From NCBI RefSeq assembly GCF_964355755.1, contig NC_092677.1, forward strand, positions 3,618,101 to 3,682,100: a stretch of DNA of 64,000 nt, given 5' to 3'. This DNA comes from Antedon mediterranea. Lineage: Eukaryota > Animalia > Echinodermata. The position numbers were made by a program, and so were the translations under genes. Shown in pieces: positions 1 to 13,500 of this stretch; position 1 is the first letter of the stretch, and the number at the start of each line of letters is the position of its first letter. The notes beneath the pieces are model-generated. The model saw nothing but the letters and a program-made list of their open reading frames with translations. It had not been told where the DNA came from and did not search any database.

Positions 1-847
1 ATCAATCAATGTTAAAGGATGAGGAAAATATAATGTTAACAGTAAAAAGTTAGTAAGTAATTAGTATAACAGAGAATATGCATTGTTTAAATGAAAATAT
101 GTTTGCATAGATAAATCCAAAGAAAAATAAAATGGGACAAACCCATGGGATGGATTTATTAAACATAAACGTATTATAATTATATGAAATAAATATGCAT
201 GTAGATGAAAAAAAAAAACAAAAACAACTATGTAAGAAAAAATAAGCTTTGTTAATGAAAATGTGTTATAGATAATATGTATAAAAAGAGGAAACTATGT
301 AATCAATGTGGTTAAATGATAATGTATGTATAAACAAAATAATATATGGAAATAGTTTTTTTTTTAAAGAAAATAAGTAAAAAAAAAAAAAAGTGGAATG
401 AATCCACATAAGAGAAGAAAGTAAAAAAGTTAAATGAAAATTTAAGAAGTTATAGATGCAAAAAAGGATCTGCTGGTTTTGTAAACATTAAAGAACAAAA
501 ATATTAACATTAATGTTAAAGGATGAGAACAATATTATGTTAACAGTAAACATGTAGTAAGTAATGAGTATAACAGAGAATATGCATTGTTAAATGAAAA
601 TGTGGTAGATGAAAAAATCAAAAACAACTATGTAAGAAAAAAAAAAAGCTTGTTAATGAAAATGTGTTACAGATAATATGTTTAATCAATGTGATAATAT
701 GTAAACAAATGAATAAATAAGTATATGTATACAGATGATTAAACAAACATTGTAAATATAATGATATGTATAGTGTATAGTGAAAAATATATGTAAAGAG
801 AACAGTGGTTTGGAAATAAAAGTGGGATGAACCCACATAAGATAAAA
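1..847 (+). mobile_element. 3' UTR of an L1/Tx1-like non-LTR retrotransposon (second copy of 26437-27315; runs off the window start)
   Basis: Near-identical to 26437-27315. Ends at the same GGGATGAACCCACATAAGATAAAA motif that precedes the poly(A) tail in the other copy. Confidence 0.75.
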
Positions 848-3800
848 CTAGATTTGAACTCGTCACTACGGACGAGTTAGGTTATCCGCAGTGCAAAAGC
901 CACGTGCACGTCATACGTTAGAATAGTGCGCGCAAAAAAATAAAACGATTATGGCATTGAAAAATGTTAGTGCGCTCTCTATGTTGCGTCGCGTCTAAGT
1001 ATATACGGTATAACACTATATACTGTATACGTACTACATACAGTGCAGAATAGGTGAAAATAAGTGACCAAAGTTATTGACGCATTTGAATATGATGACG
1101 TCATCACAATTTTTAAAATGGTGGATCATGCGAAAGGTAATTGATTGATCTAGACAATATAAAAAAATTGAGTGAAATGGAATAAGGATAAGTAGAGATG
1201 CGCTCTATTAAATTGACGAGCTATGACGAAAGAGAAAAAAATCCTATATTTTATATTCGGGTGGCCATACGATGACGTCACAATGTCTGGTTAGCCATAT
1301 CAATGCATGATTCGAGAAAAACAACTCATCTACTTCCAGAATCTGAAATTTTAAATATTTTCACCTCGGAGTTTAGAATCTATGACTGTTTTAAAAAAGG
1401 CATAATTTTGACGAATTTTTGAACTTTTTCTTCAAAAACGCGCGCAAATTGTTCAATTCTACGTGCTCGTATGACGTGATTTTAAGTCGAAATTGATTGA
1501 AAATTGGTAAATGTACTAGAAAAGGCTGAAAAAACAAAAATCAAGCAAAAAAAAGATGTTTTTGCGCTACGTGCGCACGCGCGCGTAAAAAAATTGCGCA
1601 CGTGTGGGAATTTTTGAAATGCTCAAAATGACATGAAACGCATAGAAAGTTGATTAGAAATTGATTTTTCGCATTTTGAAATTTCAAACGCGCGTGCGCG
1701 CGTAACTTTTTGTGAAACATGCCATTTTTAATCCATAGAAAGTTTGCGCATGATCTCACTTAAATTTTCACAAAGTTTCAATACAAAACAACTTTTAGTT
1801 TTTATTCTATGATCAATCATTGAAATTCATAAAATCGCGCGTAACTTACGCTGCGCAACTCCAAAATCGTCCAAAAGCTTGGCTGCACATCTACAGCTAT
1901 AGGTCAACCTTATGACAAAGTTATACAATCTTATGTTGGCCACAAGATAGAGATGTGCTGCGAACAAAATTCGGGGAAAGAAAGAAGAATAACATAGAAA
2001 CTAGATTTGAACTCGTCACTACGGACGAGTTAGGTTATCCGCATCGCAAAACCCACGCGCATGACACCTAAGTTAGAATATTGCGCGCAGAAAAACGATT
2101 ATGCCATTGAAAAAATGTTAGTGAGCCCTCTATTTTGTGTCGCATCTAAGTGTGTACGGTATACACTATATACTGTATACGTACTACATACAGTGCAGAA
2201 TAGGTGAAAATAAGTGACCAAAGTTATTGACGCATTTGAACATGATGACGTCATCACAACTTTAAAAATGGTGAATCATGCGAAAGATAATTGATTGATC
2301 TAGACAATATAAAAAAATTGAGTGAAATGGAATAAAGATAAGTAGAGATGCGCTCTATTAAATTGACGAGCTATGACGAAAGAGAAAAAAATCCTATATT
2401 TTATATTCGGGTGGCCATACGGTGACGTCACAATGTCCGGTTAGCCATATCAATGCATGATTTGAGAAAAACAACTCATCTACTTCCAGAATATGTAATT
2501 TTAAAAAAGTTCACCACGTAGTTTAGAATTTATGACTGTTTAAAAAAAGGTCTAATTTTGACGAATTTTTGAAGTTTTTCATCAAAAACACGCGCAAATT
2601 ATCCAATTCTACGTGCTCGTGTGACGTGATTTTAAGTCGAAATTGTTTGAAAAGTTGATAAAATTACTAGAAAAGACTGAAAAAAACATAAATCAAGAAA
2701 AAAACAAACATTTTGCGCAACGTGCGCACGCGCGCGTAAAAAAATTGCGCATGCGTGGGAATTTATGAAATGCTCAAAATGACATGAAACGCGTAGAAAG
2801 TTGATTAGAAATTGATTTTTCGCATTTTGAATTTTTAAACGCGCGTGCGCGCGTAACTTTCTGTTAAACATGCCATTTTTAATCCATAGAAAGTTTGCGA
2901 TTGATATAACTAAAATTTTCACCAAGTTTCAATACAAAATGAGTTTTGGTTTTTAATCTATGATCAATCATTGAAATTCATAAAATCGCGCGTAACTTAC
3001 AATGCGCGACTAAAAATTTAGAAAATAAAGTTTCTTGCACATCTACAGCTACAGGGCAATGTTTTGACAAAGTTATACAATCATATGGTGGCCAGAATTA
3101 GAGATACGCTGCGAACAAAATTCGTGGAAAGAAAGAAGAACATAGACTAGACATGTAACTCGTCACTTTGACGAGTTTGGTTATCCGCCGCGCAAGTGGT
3201 GCAACATTAACATTAAGGGGATAGGTTGAGGACAAAAGGAAGTGTTCACGTTGGCATTATGACCTGAACTGAAGAATATGATATGTTGTTATTGCTGAAT
3301 TTTATCTATATATAAATTCATATATAGTATACACAGTATAATCTGTATCCATATCACATACAGTGTAGAATAGGTGAAATTACGGGACCCGCTATTTATT
3401 GCAATTTTTAACATGTTGACGGTTTTAAAATGAAACGGGAAGGTAGCAATTCCGAAAGGAAATTATCTCAGCAACAACGTATTAGCGTGTAGAAGAAATT
3501 TGAATACGTGAAATATTGATGCGCGCTCTTTTAAATGTAATGAATTATGACGCAAAAGATGAAAATACGACCTTTTTTATTTAACTGGCCATATGATGAC
3601 GTCACAACATCCGATTGGCAACATTTTTACATAATTTCGTATCTACAATCCAATAGCTTCCAGAAAAAGTTTTAATCGTGATTATCAAGTTTTATTCTTA
3701 CGAGCTATAACAGATTAAAATTTACTGTAAAGATGAAATTGATGCCACACGTGATTACAATTTTTAGGCATGATGACGTCAAAAAAATTAAAATATTTTT

Positions 3801-4716
3801 AACTCATGCGAAAGATACTTGATTGACCTAGACAAAATCAAAATCGGGGTGAAAATGGAAAACGGATAAGTGGAGATGCGCTCTATTCAATGTGATGAGC
3901 TATGACGAAAGATACAAAAATCCTAAATTTTATATTCACGTGGCCATACGATGACGTCACAATGTCCGGTTAGCCATATTAATACCTGATCCGATATCTA
4001 CAACTCATCTACTTCCAGAATATGCCATCCACAAAAAGTTGACCGTCTAGTTTAGAAATTACGACTGTTTAAAAAAAGGCATATTTTAAACGAATTTTTT
4101 AACCTTTTCATAAAAAACGCGCGCAAATTGTCCAATTCGACGTGCTCGTATGACGTATCTTTAAGTCGAAATTGTTTAAAATTTGGTAAAATTACTAGAA
4201 AAGGCTGGAAAAATATAAATCACGTGAAAAAAGTACGTTTTCAATACTACGTGCGCACCCCACACGTAAAAATGTGCGCACGCGTGGGAATTTTTGACAT
4301 GCTTAAAACGACATGAAACGCGTAGAAAGTTGATTATAAATTAATTTTGCGCATTTTGAAATTTTAAATGCGCGTGCGCGCGTAACTTTATGTAAAACAC
4401 GCAATTTTTTTTCAACAGAAAGTTAGCGCATGATAAAAATTAAACTTTTGCAAAGTTTCAAGTTGAAATGTTATTTGGTTGTCGAGCTATGTTAAATACG
4501 ACAAAATCGTTAAATCGCGCGTAAGTCACGTTGCGCAATTGTAAAAGTCATGAAAAGCTTCGCTTGACGACGTTACGTAAATGTCAATATGTTAAGATAG
4601 TTACCGAAATGTTATGTTTGCGAGTTTTAGAGAAAAGCGTTACACAAAAATCATACAGGTTGATTTCGTACAATCACAAGAGGTTATCCTGCAACTTCGT
4701 TGCGGATAACCAAAAA

Positions 4717-4747
<31 letters not shown>

Positions 4748-7700
4748 GATCCTGACAATAACAAGGGGTTATCCGCCAAGTGCGGATAACCAACTAGATT
4801 TGAACTCGTCACTACGGACGAGTTAGGTTATCCGCAGTCCTAAAGCCACGTGCACGTCATACGTTGGTGGAATATTGCGCGCAGAAAAACGATTATGCCA
4901 TTGAAAAAATGTGAGTGCGCTCTCTATTCTGTGTCACGTCAAAGTGTATACGGTATACACTATATACCGTATACGTACTACATACAGTTCAGAATAGGTG
5001 AAAATAAGTGACCAAAGTTATTGACGGTTTTGGACATGATGACGTCATCACAATTTTTAAAATGGTGAATCGTGCGAAAGATAATTGATAGACCTAGACA
5101 ATATAAAAAAAATGGAGGGAAATGGAATACAAATAAGTGAAGATGCGCTATATTAAATGTGACGAGCTACGAGGAAAGAGACAAAAATCCTATATTTTAT
5201 ATTCGAGTGGCCATATGATGACGTCACAATGTCCGGTTAGCCATATTGATGCATGATTTGATATCTGCAACTCATCTACTACCAGAATATGTAATTATAA
5301 AAAAGTTCACCACGTAGTTTAGAATTTATGACTGTTTAAAAAAAGGCATAATTTTGACTAATTTTTGAACTTTTTCATCAAAAATGCGCGTAAATTGTTT
5401 AATTCTACGTGCTCGTATGACGTGATTTTAGGTCGAAATTGTTTGAAAGTTGGTAAATTTTCTAAAAAAGACAGGAAAAACAAAAAACAAGCAAAAAAAT
5501 GATGTTTTTGCGCTACGTGCGCACGTGCGCGTAAAAAAATTGCGCACGCGTGGGAATTTTTGAAATGCTCAAAATGACATGAAACGCGTAGAAAGTTGAT
5601 TAGATATTGATTTTTCGCATTTTGAAATTTTAAACGCGCGTGCGCGCGTAACTTTTTGTAAAACATGCCATTTTTAATCCATAGAAAGTTTGCGCATTAT
5701 ATGATTTAAATGTTCACCAAGTTTCAATACAAAATGAATTTTAGTTTTTAATCTATGATCAATCATTGAAATTCATAAAATCGCGCGTAACTTACGCTGC
5801 GCAACTCCGAAATCGTCCAAAAGCTTGGCTGCACATCTACAGCTACAGGTCAATCTTATGACAAAGTTATACAATGTTATATTTGCCAGAATTAGAGATA
5901 TGCGACCAACAAAATTCGTGGAAAGAAAGAAGAACAAAGAACTAGATTTGAACTCGTCACTTCGGACGAGTTAGGTTATCCGCAGCGCAAAGGCCACGGC
6001 ACCAAAGGCCACGAAACATCATACGTTAGAATATTGCGCAAAGAAAAACGATTATGCCATTGAAACAATTTCAGTGTGCTCTCTATTTTGTGTCCCGTCT
6101 AAGTATATACAGTATACACTATATCCTGTATACGTACTACATACAGTGCAGAATAGGTGAAAATAAGTGACCAAAGTTATTAACGCTTTTGAACATGATG
6201 ACGTCATCACAATTTTAAAAATGGTGAATCATGCGAAAGATAATCGATTGACCTAGACAATAATAAAAAAATTGAGGGAATTGGAATACGAATAAAGGAG
6301 ATGCCCTCTATTAAATGTGACGAGCTATGACGAAAGAGACAAAATCCTATATTTCATATTCGAGTGGCCATACGATGACGTCACAATGTCTGGTTAGCCA
6401 TATCGATGCATGATTCGATATCTACACCTCATCTAATTCCAGAATGTGTAATTTAAAAAAAGTTCACCTCGTAGTTTAGAATCTATGACTTTTTAAAAAA
6501 AGGCATAAATTTCACAAATTTTTGAACTTTTTCATCAAAAACGCGCGCAAATTGTTCAATTCTACGTGCTCGTATGACGTGATTTTAAGTCGAAATTGAT
6601 TGAAAATTGGTAAATTTACTAGAAAAGGCTGGAAAAACCAAAATCAAGGAAAAATTGATGTTTTTGCGCTACGTGCGCACGCGCGCGTAAGAAAAGTGCG
6701 CACTTGTTGGGATTTTTGATATGCTCAAAATGACATGAAACGCATAGAAAGTTGGTTAGAAATTGATTTTTCGCATTTTGAAATTTTAAACGCGCGTGCG
6801 CGCGTAACTTTTTGTAAAACTTGCCATTTTTAATCTACAGAAAGTTTGCGATTTATATGACTTAAATTTTTACCAAGTTTCAATACAAAATGACTTTTGG
6901 TTTTTAATCTATGATCAATAATTGAAATTCATAAAATCGTGCGTAACTTACGCTGCGCGACTCGAAATTTGAAAAAAAAAGTTTCTTGCACATCTACAGA
7001 TATAGGGCAATCTTTTGACAAAGTTTCACAATCTTCTGTTGGCTAGAATTAGAGATACGCTGCCCACAAAAAATGGGAGAGAAGTGTGGAAAGAAAGAAA
7101 TAAATACTAGATTTGAACTCGTCACTACGTACGAGTTAGGTTATCCGCAGCGCAAAAGCCACGCGCACGATATAAGTTAGAAAATGTTAGTGTGCTCTCT
7201 ATTTTGCGTCACGTCTGAGTATAAACGGTATACACTATATACTGTATACGTACTACATACAGTGCAGAATAGGTGAAAATAAGTGACCAAAGTTATTGAC
7301 GCGTTTGGACATGATGACGTCATAACAATTTTAAAAATGGTGAATCATTCTAAAGATAATTGATTAACCTAGGCAATATATAAAAATGGGGGGAAATGGA
7401 ATACGGATAAGTGGAGATGCGCTCTATTAAATGTGATGAGCTTTGACGAAAGAGACAAAAATCCTATATTTTATATTCGTGTGGCCATACGATGACGTCA
7501 CAATGTCCGGTTAGCCAAATCGATGCATGATTCTATATCTACAACTCATCTACATTCAGAATATGTAATTTAAAAAAAATTCACCACGTAGTTTAGAATC
7601 TATGACTGTTTAAATAAAGGCATAATTTGTACAAATTTTTGAACTTTTTCATCAAAAATGCGCGTAAATTGTTTAATTCTACGTGCTCGTATGATGTGAT

Positions 7701-10520
7701 TTTAAGTCGAAATTGTTTGAAAGTTGGTAAATTTACTAAAAAAGACAGGAAAAACAAAAATCAAGCAAAAAAATGATGTTTTTGCTCTACATGCGCACGC
7801 GCGCGTAAAAAAATTGCGCACGCGTGGGAATTTTTGAAATGCTCAAAATGACATGAAACGCGTAGAAAGTTCATTAGAAATTGATTTTTTGCATTTTTTA
7901 ATTTTAAACGCGCGTGCGCGCGTAACTTTCTGTAAAACATGCCATTTTCTCTCCATAGAAAGTTAGCGCATGATATGACTTAAATTTTCACCAAGTTTCA
8001 ATACAAAATGATATATAGTTTTTATTCTATGATCAATCATTGAAATTCATAAAATCGCGCGTAACTTACGCTGCGCGACTCAAAATTCATAAAAAAAAGT
8101 TTCTTGCACATCTACAGCTACAGGGCAATCTTTTGACAAATTTATACAATCATATGTTGGCCAGAATTAGAGATACGCTGCCAACAAAAAATGGGAGAGA
8201 AGTGTATAAAGAAAGAAATAAATACTAGATTTGAACTCGTCACTACGGACGAGTTAGGTTATCCGCAGCGCAAAGGCCACGTGCACGTCATACGTTAAAA
8301 CATTGCGCGCAGAAAAACGATTAAGTAATTGAAACAATTTCAGCGTGCTCTTTATTTTTCGTCACGTCTGAGTATATACGGTATACAGTATATACTGTAT
8401 ACGTACTACATACAGTGCAGAATAGGTGAAAATAAGTGACCAAAGTTATTGACGCTTTTGAATATGATGACGTCATCACAATTTTTAAAATGGTGAATCG
8501 TGCGAAAGATAATTGATAGACCTAGACAACATAAAAAAAATGGGGGGAAATGGAATACAAATAAGTGGAGATGCGCTATATTAAATGTGACGAGCTACGA
8601 GGAAAGAGAAAAAAATCCTATATTTTATATTCAAGTGGCCATATGATGACGTCACATTGTCCGGTTAGCCATATTGATGCATGATTTGATATCTGCAACT
8701 CATCTACTACCAGAATATGTAATTATAAAAAAGTTCACCACGTAGTTTAGAATTTATGACTGTTTAAAAAAAGGCATAATTTTGACTAATTTTTGAACTT
8801 TTTCATCAAAAATGCGCGTAAATTGTTTAATTCTACGTGCTCGTATGACGTGATTTTTAGTCGAAATTGTTTGAAAGTTGGTACATTTTCTAAAAAAGAC
8901 ATGAAAAACAAAAATCAAGCAAAAAAATGATGTTTTTGCGCTACGTGCGCACGTGCGCGTAAAAAAATTGCGCACGCGTGGGAATTTTTGAAATGCTTAA
9001 AATGACATGAAACGCGTAGAAAGTTGATTAGATATTGATTTTTCGCATTTTGAAATTTTAAACGCGCATGCGCGCGTAACTTTTTGTAAAACATGCCATT
9101 TTTAATCCATAGAAAGTTTGCGCATTATATGACTTAAATTTTCACCAAGTTTCAATACAAAATGAATTTTAGTTTTTAATCTATGATCAATAATTGAAAT
9201 TCATAAAATCGCGCGTAACTTACGCTGCGCGACTCAAAATTTGAAAAAAAAAGTTTCTTGCACATCTACAGATATAGGCCAATCTTTTGACAAAGTTATA
9301 CAATCTTCTGTTGGCTAGAATTAGAGATACGCTGCCCACAAAAAATGGGAGAGAAGTGTGTAAAGAAAGAAATAAATACTAGATTTGAACTCGTCACTAC
9401 GGACGAGTTAGGTTATCCGCAGTCCTATAGCCACGTGCACGTCATACGTTGGAATATTGCGCGCAGAAAAACGATTATGCCATTGAAAAAATGTGAGTGC
9501 GCTCTCTATTTTGTGTCACGTCAAGTGTATACGGTATACACTATATACCGTATACGTACTACATACAGTTCAGAATAGGTGAAAATAAGTGACCAAAGTT
9601 ATTGACGCTTTTGCACATGATGACGTCATAACAATTTTTAAAATGGTGAATCATGCGAAAGATAATTGATTGACATAGACAATATAAAGAAATTGAGGGC
9701 AATGGAATACGGATAAGTGGAGATGCGCTCTATTAAATGTGATGAGCTATACGAAAGAAAAAAAAATCCTATATTTTATATTCGAGTGGCCATACGATGA
9801 CGTCACAATGTCCTGATAGCCATATTGATACATGATTCGATATCTACAACTCATCTACTACCAGAATATGTAATTATAAAAAAGTTTACCACGTAGTTTA
9901 GAATCTATGACTGTTTAAAAAAAGGCATAATTTTGACAAATTTTTGGACTTTTTCATCAAAATTGCGCGCAAATTGTTTAATTCTACGTGCTCGTATGAC
10001 GAGATTTTAAGGCAAAATTGATTGAAAATTGGTAAATATATTATAAAAGACAGAAAAAACAAAAATCAAGCAAAAAAAAGATGTTTTTGCGCTACGTGCG
10101 CACGCGCGCGTAAAAAAATTGCGCAAGCCTGGGAATTTTTGAAATGCTCAAAATGATATGAAACGCGTAGAAAATTGATTAGAAGTTGGTTTTTTGCATT
10201 TTGAAATTTTAAACGCGCGTGCGCGCGTAACTTTCTGTGAAACATGCAATTTTTAATCCATAGAAAGTTTGCGCTTGATATGACTTAAATTTTCACAAAG
10301 TTTCAATACAAAATAACTTTCGGTTTTTAATCTATGATCAATCATTTAAATTCATAAAATCGCGCGTAACTTACGCTGCGCAACTCAAAATTCATAAAAA
10401 AAAGTTTCTTGCACATCTACAGCAACAGGGCAATCTTTTGACAAAGTTATACAATCATATGTTGGCCAGAGTTAGAGATACGCTGCGAACAAAATTCGTG
10501 GAAAGAAAGAAGAACATAGA

Positions 10521-10551
<31 letters not shown>

Positions 10552-13500
10552 GATCCTGACAATAACAAGAGGTTATCCGCCAAGTGCGGATAACCAACTA
10601 GATTTGAACTCGTCACTACGGACGAGTTAGGTTATCCGCAGCGCAAAGGCCACGTGCACGTCATACGTTAAAATATTGCGCCCAGAAAAACGATTAAGTC
10701 ATTGAAACAATTTCAGTGTGCTCTCTATTTTTCGTCACGTCTGGGTATATACGGTATACACTATATACTGTATACGTACTACATACAGTGCAGAATAGGT
10801 GAAAATAAGTGACCAAAGTTATTGACGCTTTTGGACATGATGACGTCATAAAAATTTTAAAAATGGTAAATCTTTCGAAAGATAATTGATTGACCTAGGC
10901 AATATATAAAAATGGGGGAAAATGGAATACGGATAAGTGGAGATGCGCTCTATTAAATGTGATGAGCTATGACGAAAGAGACAAAAATCCTATATTTGAT
11001 ATTCGTGTGGCCATACGATGACGTCACAATGTCCGGTTAGCCAAATCGATGCATGATTCTATATCTACAACTCATCTACATTCAGAATATGTAATTTTAA
11101 AAAAGTTCACCACGTAGTTTAGAATCTATGACTGTTTAAAAAAGGCATAATTTTGACTAATTTTTGAACTTTTTCATCAAAAATGCGCGTAAATTGTTTA
11201 ATTCTACGTGCTCGTATGACGTGATTTTTAGTCGAAATTGTTTGAAAGTTGGTAAATTTTCTAAAAAAGACATGAAAAACAAAAATCAAGCAAAAAAATG
11301 ATGTTTTTGCGCTACGTGCGCACGTGCGCGTAAAAAAAATTGCGCACGCGTGGGAATTTTTGAAATGCTTAAAATGACATGAAACGCGTAGAAAGTTGAT
11401 TAGATATTGATTTTTCGCATTTTGAAATTTTAAACGCGCATGCGCACGTAACTTTTTGTAAAACATGCCATTTTTAATCCATAGAAAGTTTGCGCATTAT
11501 ATGACTTAAATTTTCACCAAGTTTCAATACAAAATGAATTTTAGTTTTTAATCTATGATCAATAATTGAAATTCATAAAATCACGCGTAACTTACGCTGC
11601 GCGACTCGAAATTTGAAAAAAAAAGTTTCTTGCACATCTACAGATATAGGGCAATCTTTTGACAAAGTTATACAATCTTCTGTTGGCTAGAATTAGAGAT
11701 ACGCTGCCCACAAAAAATGGGAGAGAAGTGTGTAAAGAAAGAAATAAATACTAGATTTGAACTCGTCACTACGGACGAGTTAGGTTATCCGCAGTGCAAA
11801 AGCCACGTGCACGTCATACGTTAGAATAGTGCGCGCGAAAAAATAAAACGATTATGGCATTGAAAAATGTTAGTGCGCTCTCTATGTTGCGTCGCGTCTA
11901 AGTATATACGGTATAACACTATATACTGTATACGTACTACATACAGTGCAGAATAGGTGAAAATAAGTGACCAAAGTTATTGACGCATTTGAACATGATG
12001 ACGTCATCACAATTTTTAAAATGGTGGATCATGCGAAAGGTAATTGATTGATCTAGACAATATAAAAAAATTGAGTGAAATGGAATAAGAATAAGTAGAG
12101 ATGCGCTCTATTAAATTGACGAGCTATGACGAAAGAGAAAAAAATCCTATATTTTATATTCGGGTGGCCATACGATGACCTCACAATGTCTGGTTAGCCA
12201 TATCAATGCATGATTCGAGAAAAACAACTCATCTACTTCCAGAATCTGAAATTTTAAATATTTTCACCTTGGAGTTTAGAATCTATGACTTTTTAAAAAA
12301 AGGCATAATTTTCACAAATTTTTGAACTTTTTCATCAAAAACGCGCGCAAATTGTTCAATTCTACGTGCTCGTATGACGTGATTTTAAGTCGAAATTGAT
12401 TGAAAATTGGTAAATGTACTAGAAAAGGCTGAAAAAACAAAAATCAAGCAAAAAAAATATGTTTTTGCGCTACGTGCGCACGCGCGCGTAAAAAATATGC
12501 GCACGCGTGGGAATTTTTGAAATGCTCAAAATGACCTGAAACGCGTAGAAAGTTGATTAGAATGGAATTTTTCGCAATTTGAAATTTTAAACGCGCGTGC
12601 GCGCGTAACTTTATGTCAAACATGCCATTTTTAATCCATAGAAAGTTTGCCCTTGATATGACTTAAATGTTCACCAAGTGTCATTACAAAATGACTTTTG
12701 CTTTTTAGTCTATGTTAAATACGCGAAATTCATAAAATCGCGCGTAGCTTACGCTGCGCGACTCTAAAGTAAAAAAACGAGCTGTCCTGCACTTCTACAC
12801 ATAGAGGTAAATCTTCTGACAAAGTTATACGATGTAATGTTGATCAGAATTTGAGATACACGTGACACAAAATTTTGGGAAAGAAAGAAGAATAACATAG
12901 AAAAAACTAGATTTGAACTCGTCACTACGGACGAGTTAGGTTATCCGCAGCGCAAAAGCCACGTGCACGTCATACGTTAGAATATTGCGCGCAGAAAAAC
13001 GATTATGCCATTGAAAAAAATGTGAGTGCGCCCTCTATTTTGTGTCACGTCTAAGTATATACGGTATACACTATATACTGTATACGTACGACATACAGTG
13101 CAGAATAGGTGAAAATAAGTGACCAAAGTTATTGACGGTTTTGGACATGATGACGTCATAACAATTTTAAAAATGGTGAATCAATCGAAAGATAATTGAT
13201 TGACCTAGACAATATATAAAAATGGGGGAAAATGGAATACGGATAAGTGGAGATGCGCTCTATTAAATGTGATGAGCTATGACGAAAGAAACAAAAATCC
13301 TATATTTGATATTCGTGTGGCCATACGATGACGTCACAATGTCCGGTTAGCCAAATCGATGCATGATTCGATATCTACAACTCATCTACATTTAGAATAT
13401 GTAATTTTAAAAAAGTTCACTACGTAGTTTAGAATCTATGACTGTTTAAAAAAAGGCATAATTTTGACAAATTTTTGAACTTTTTCATCAAAAATGCGCG

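Noticed and set aside
856-885. Hammerhead-like GACGAG in the HINE terminal stem-loop
   Set aside because: No CUGANGA core and no GAAA box; better explained as the Helentron terminal hairpin.
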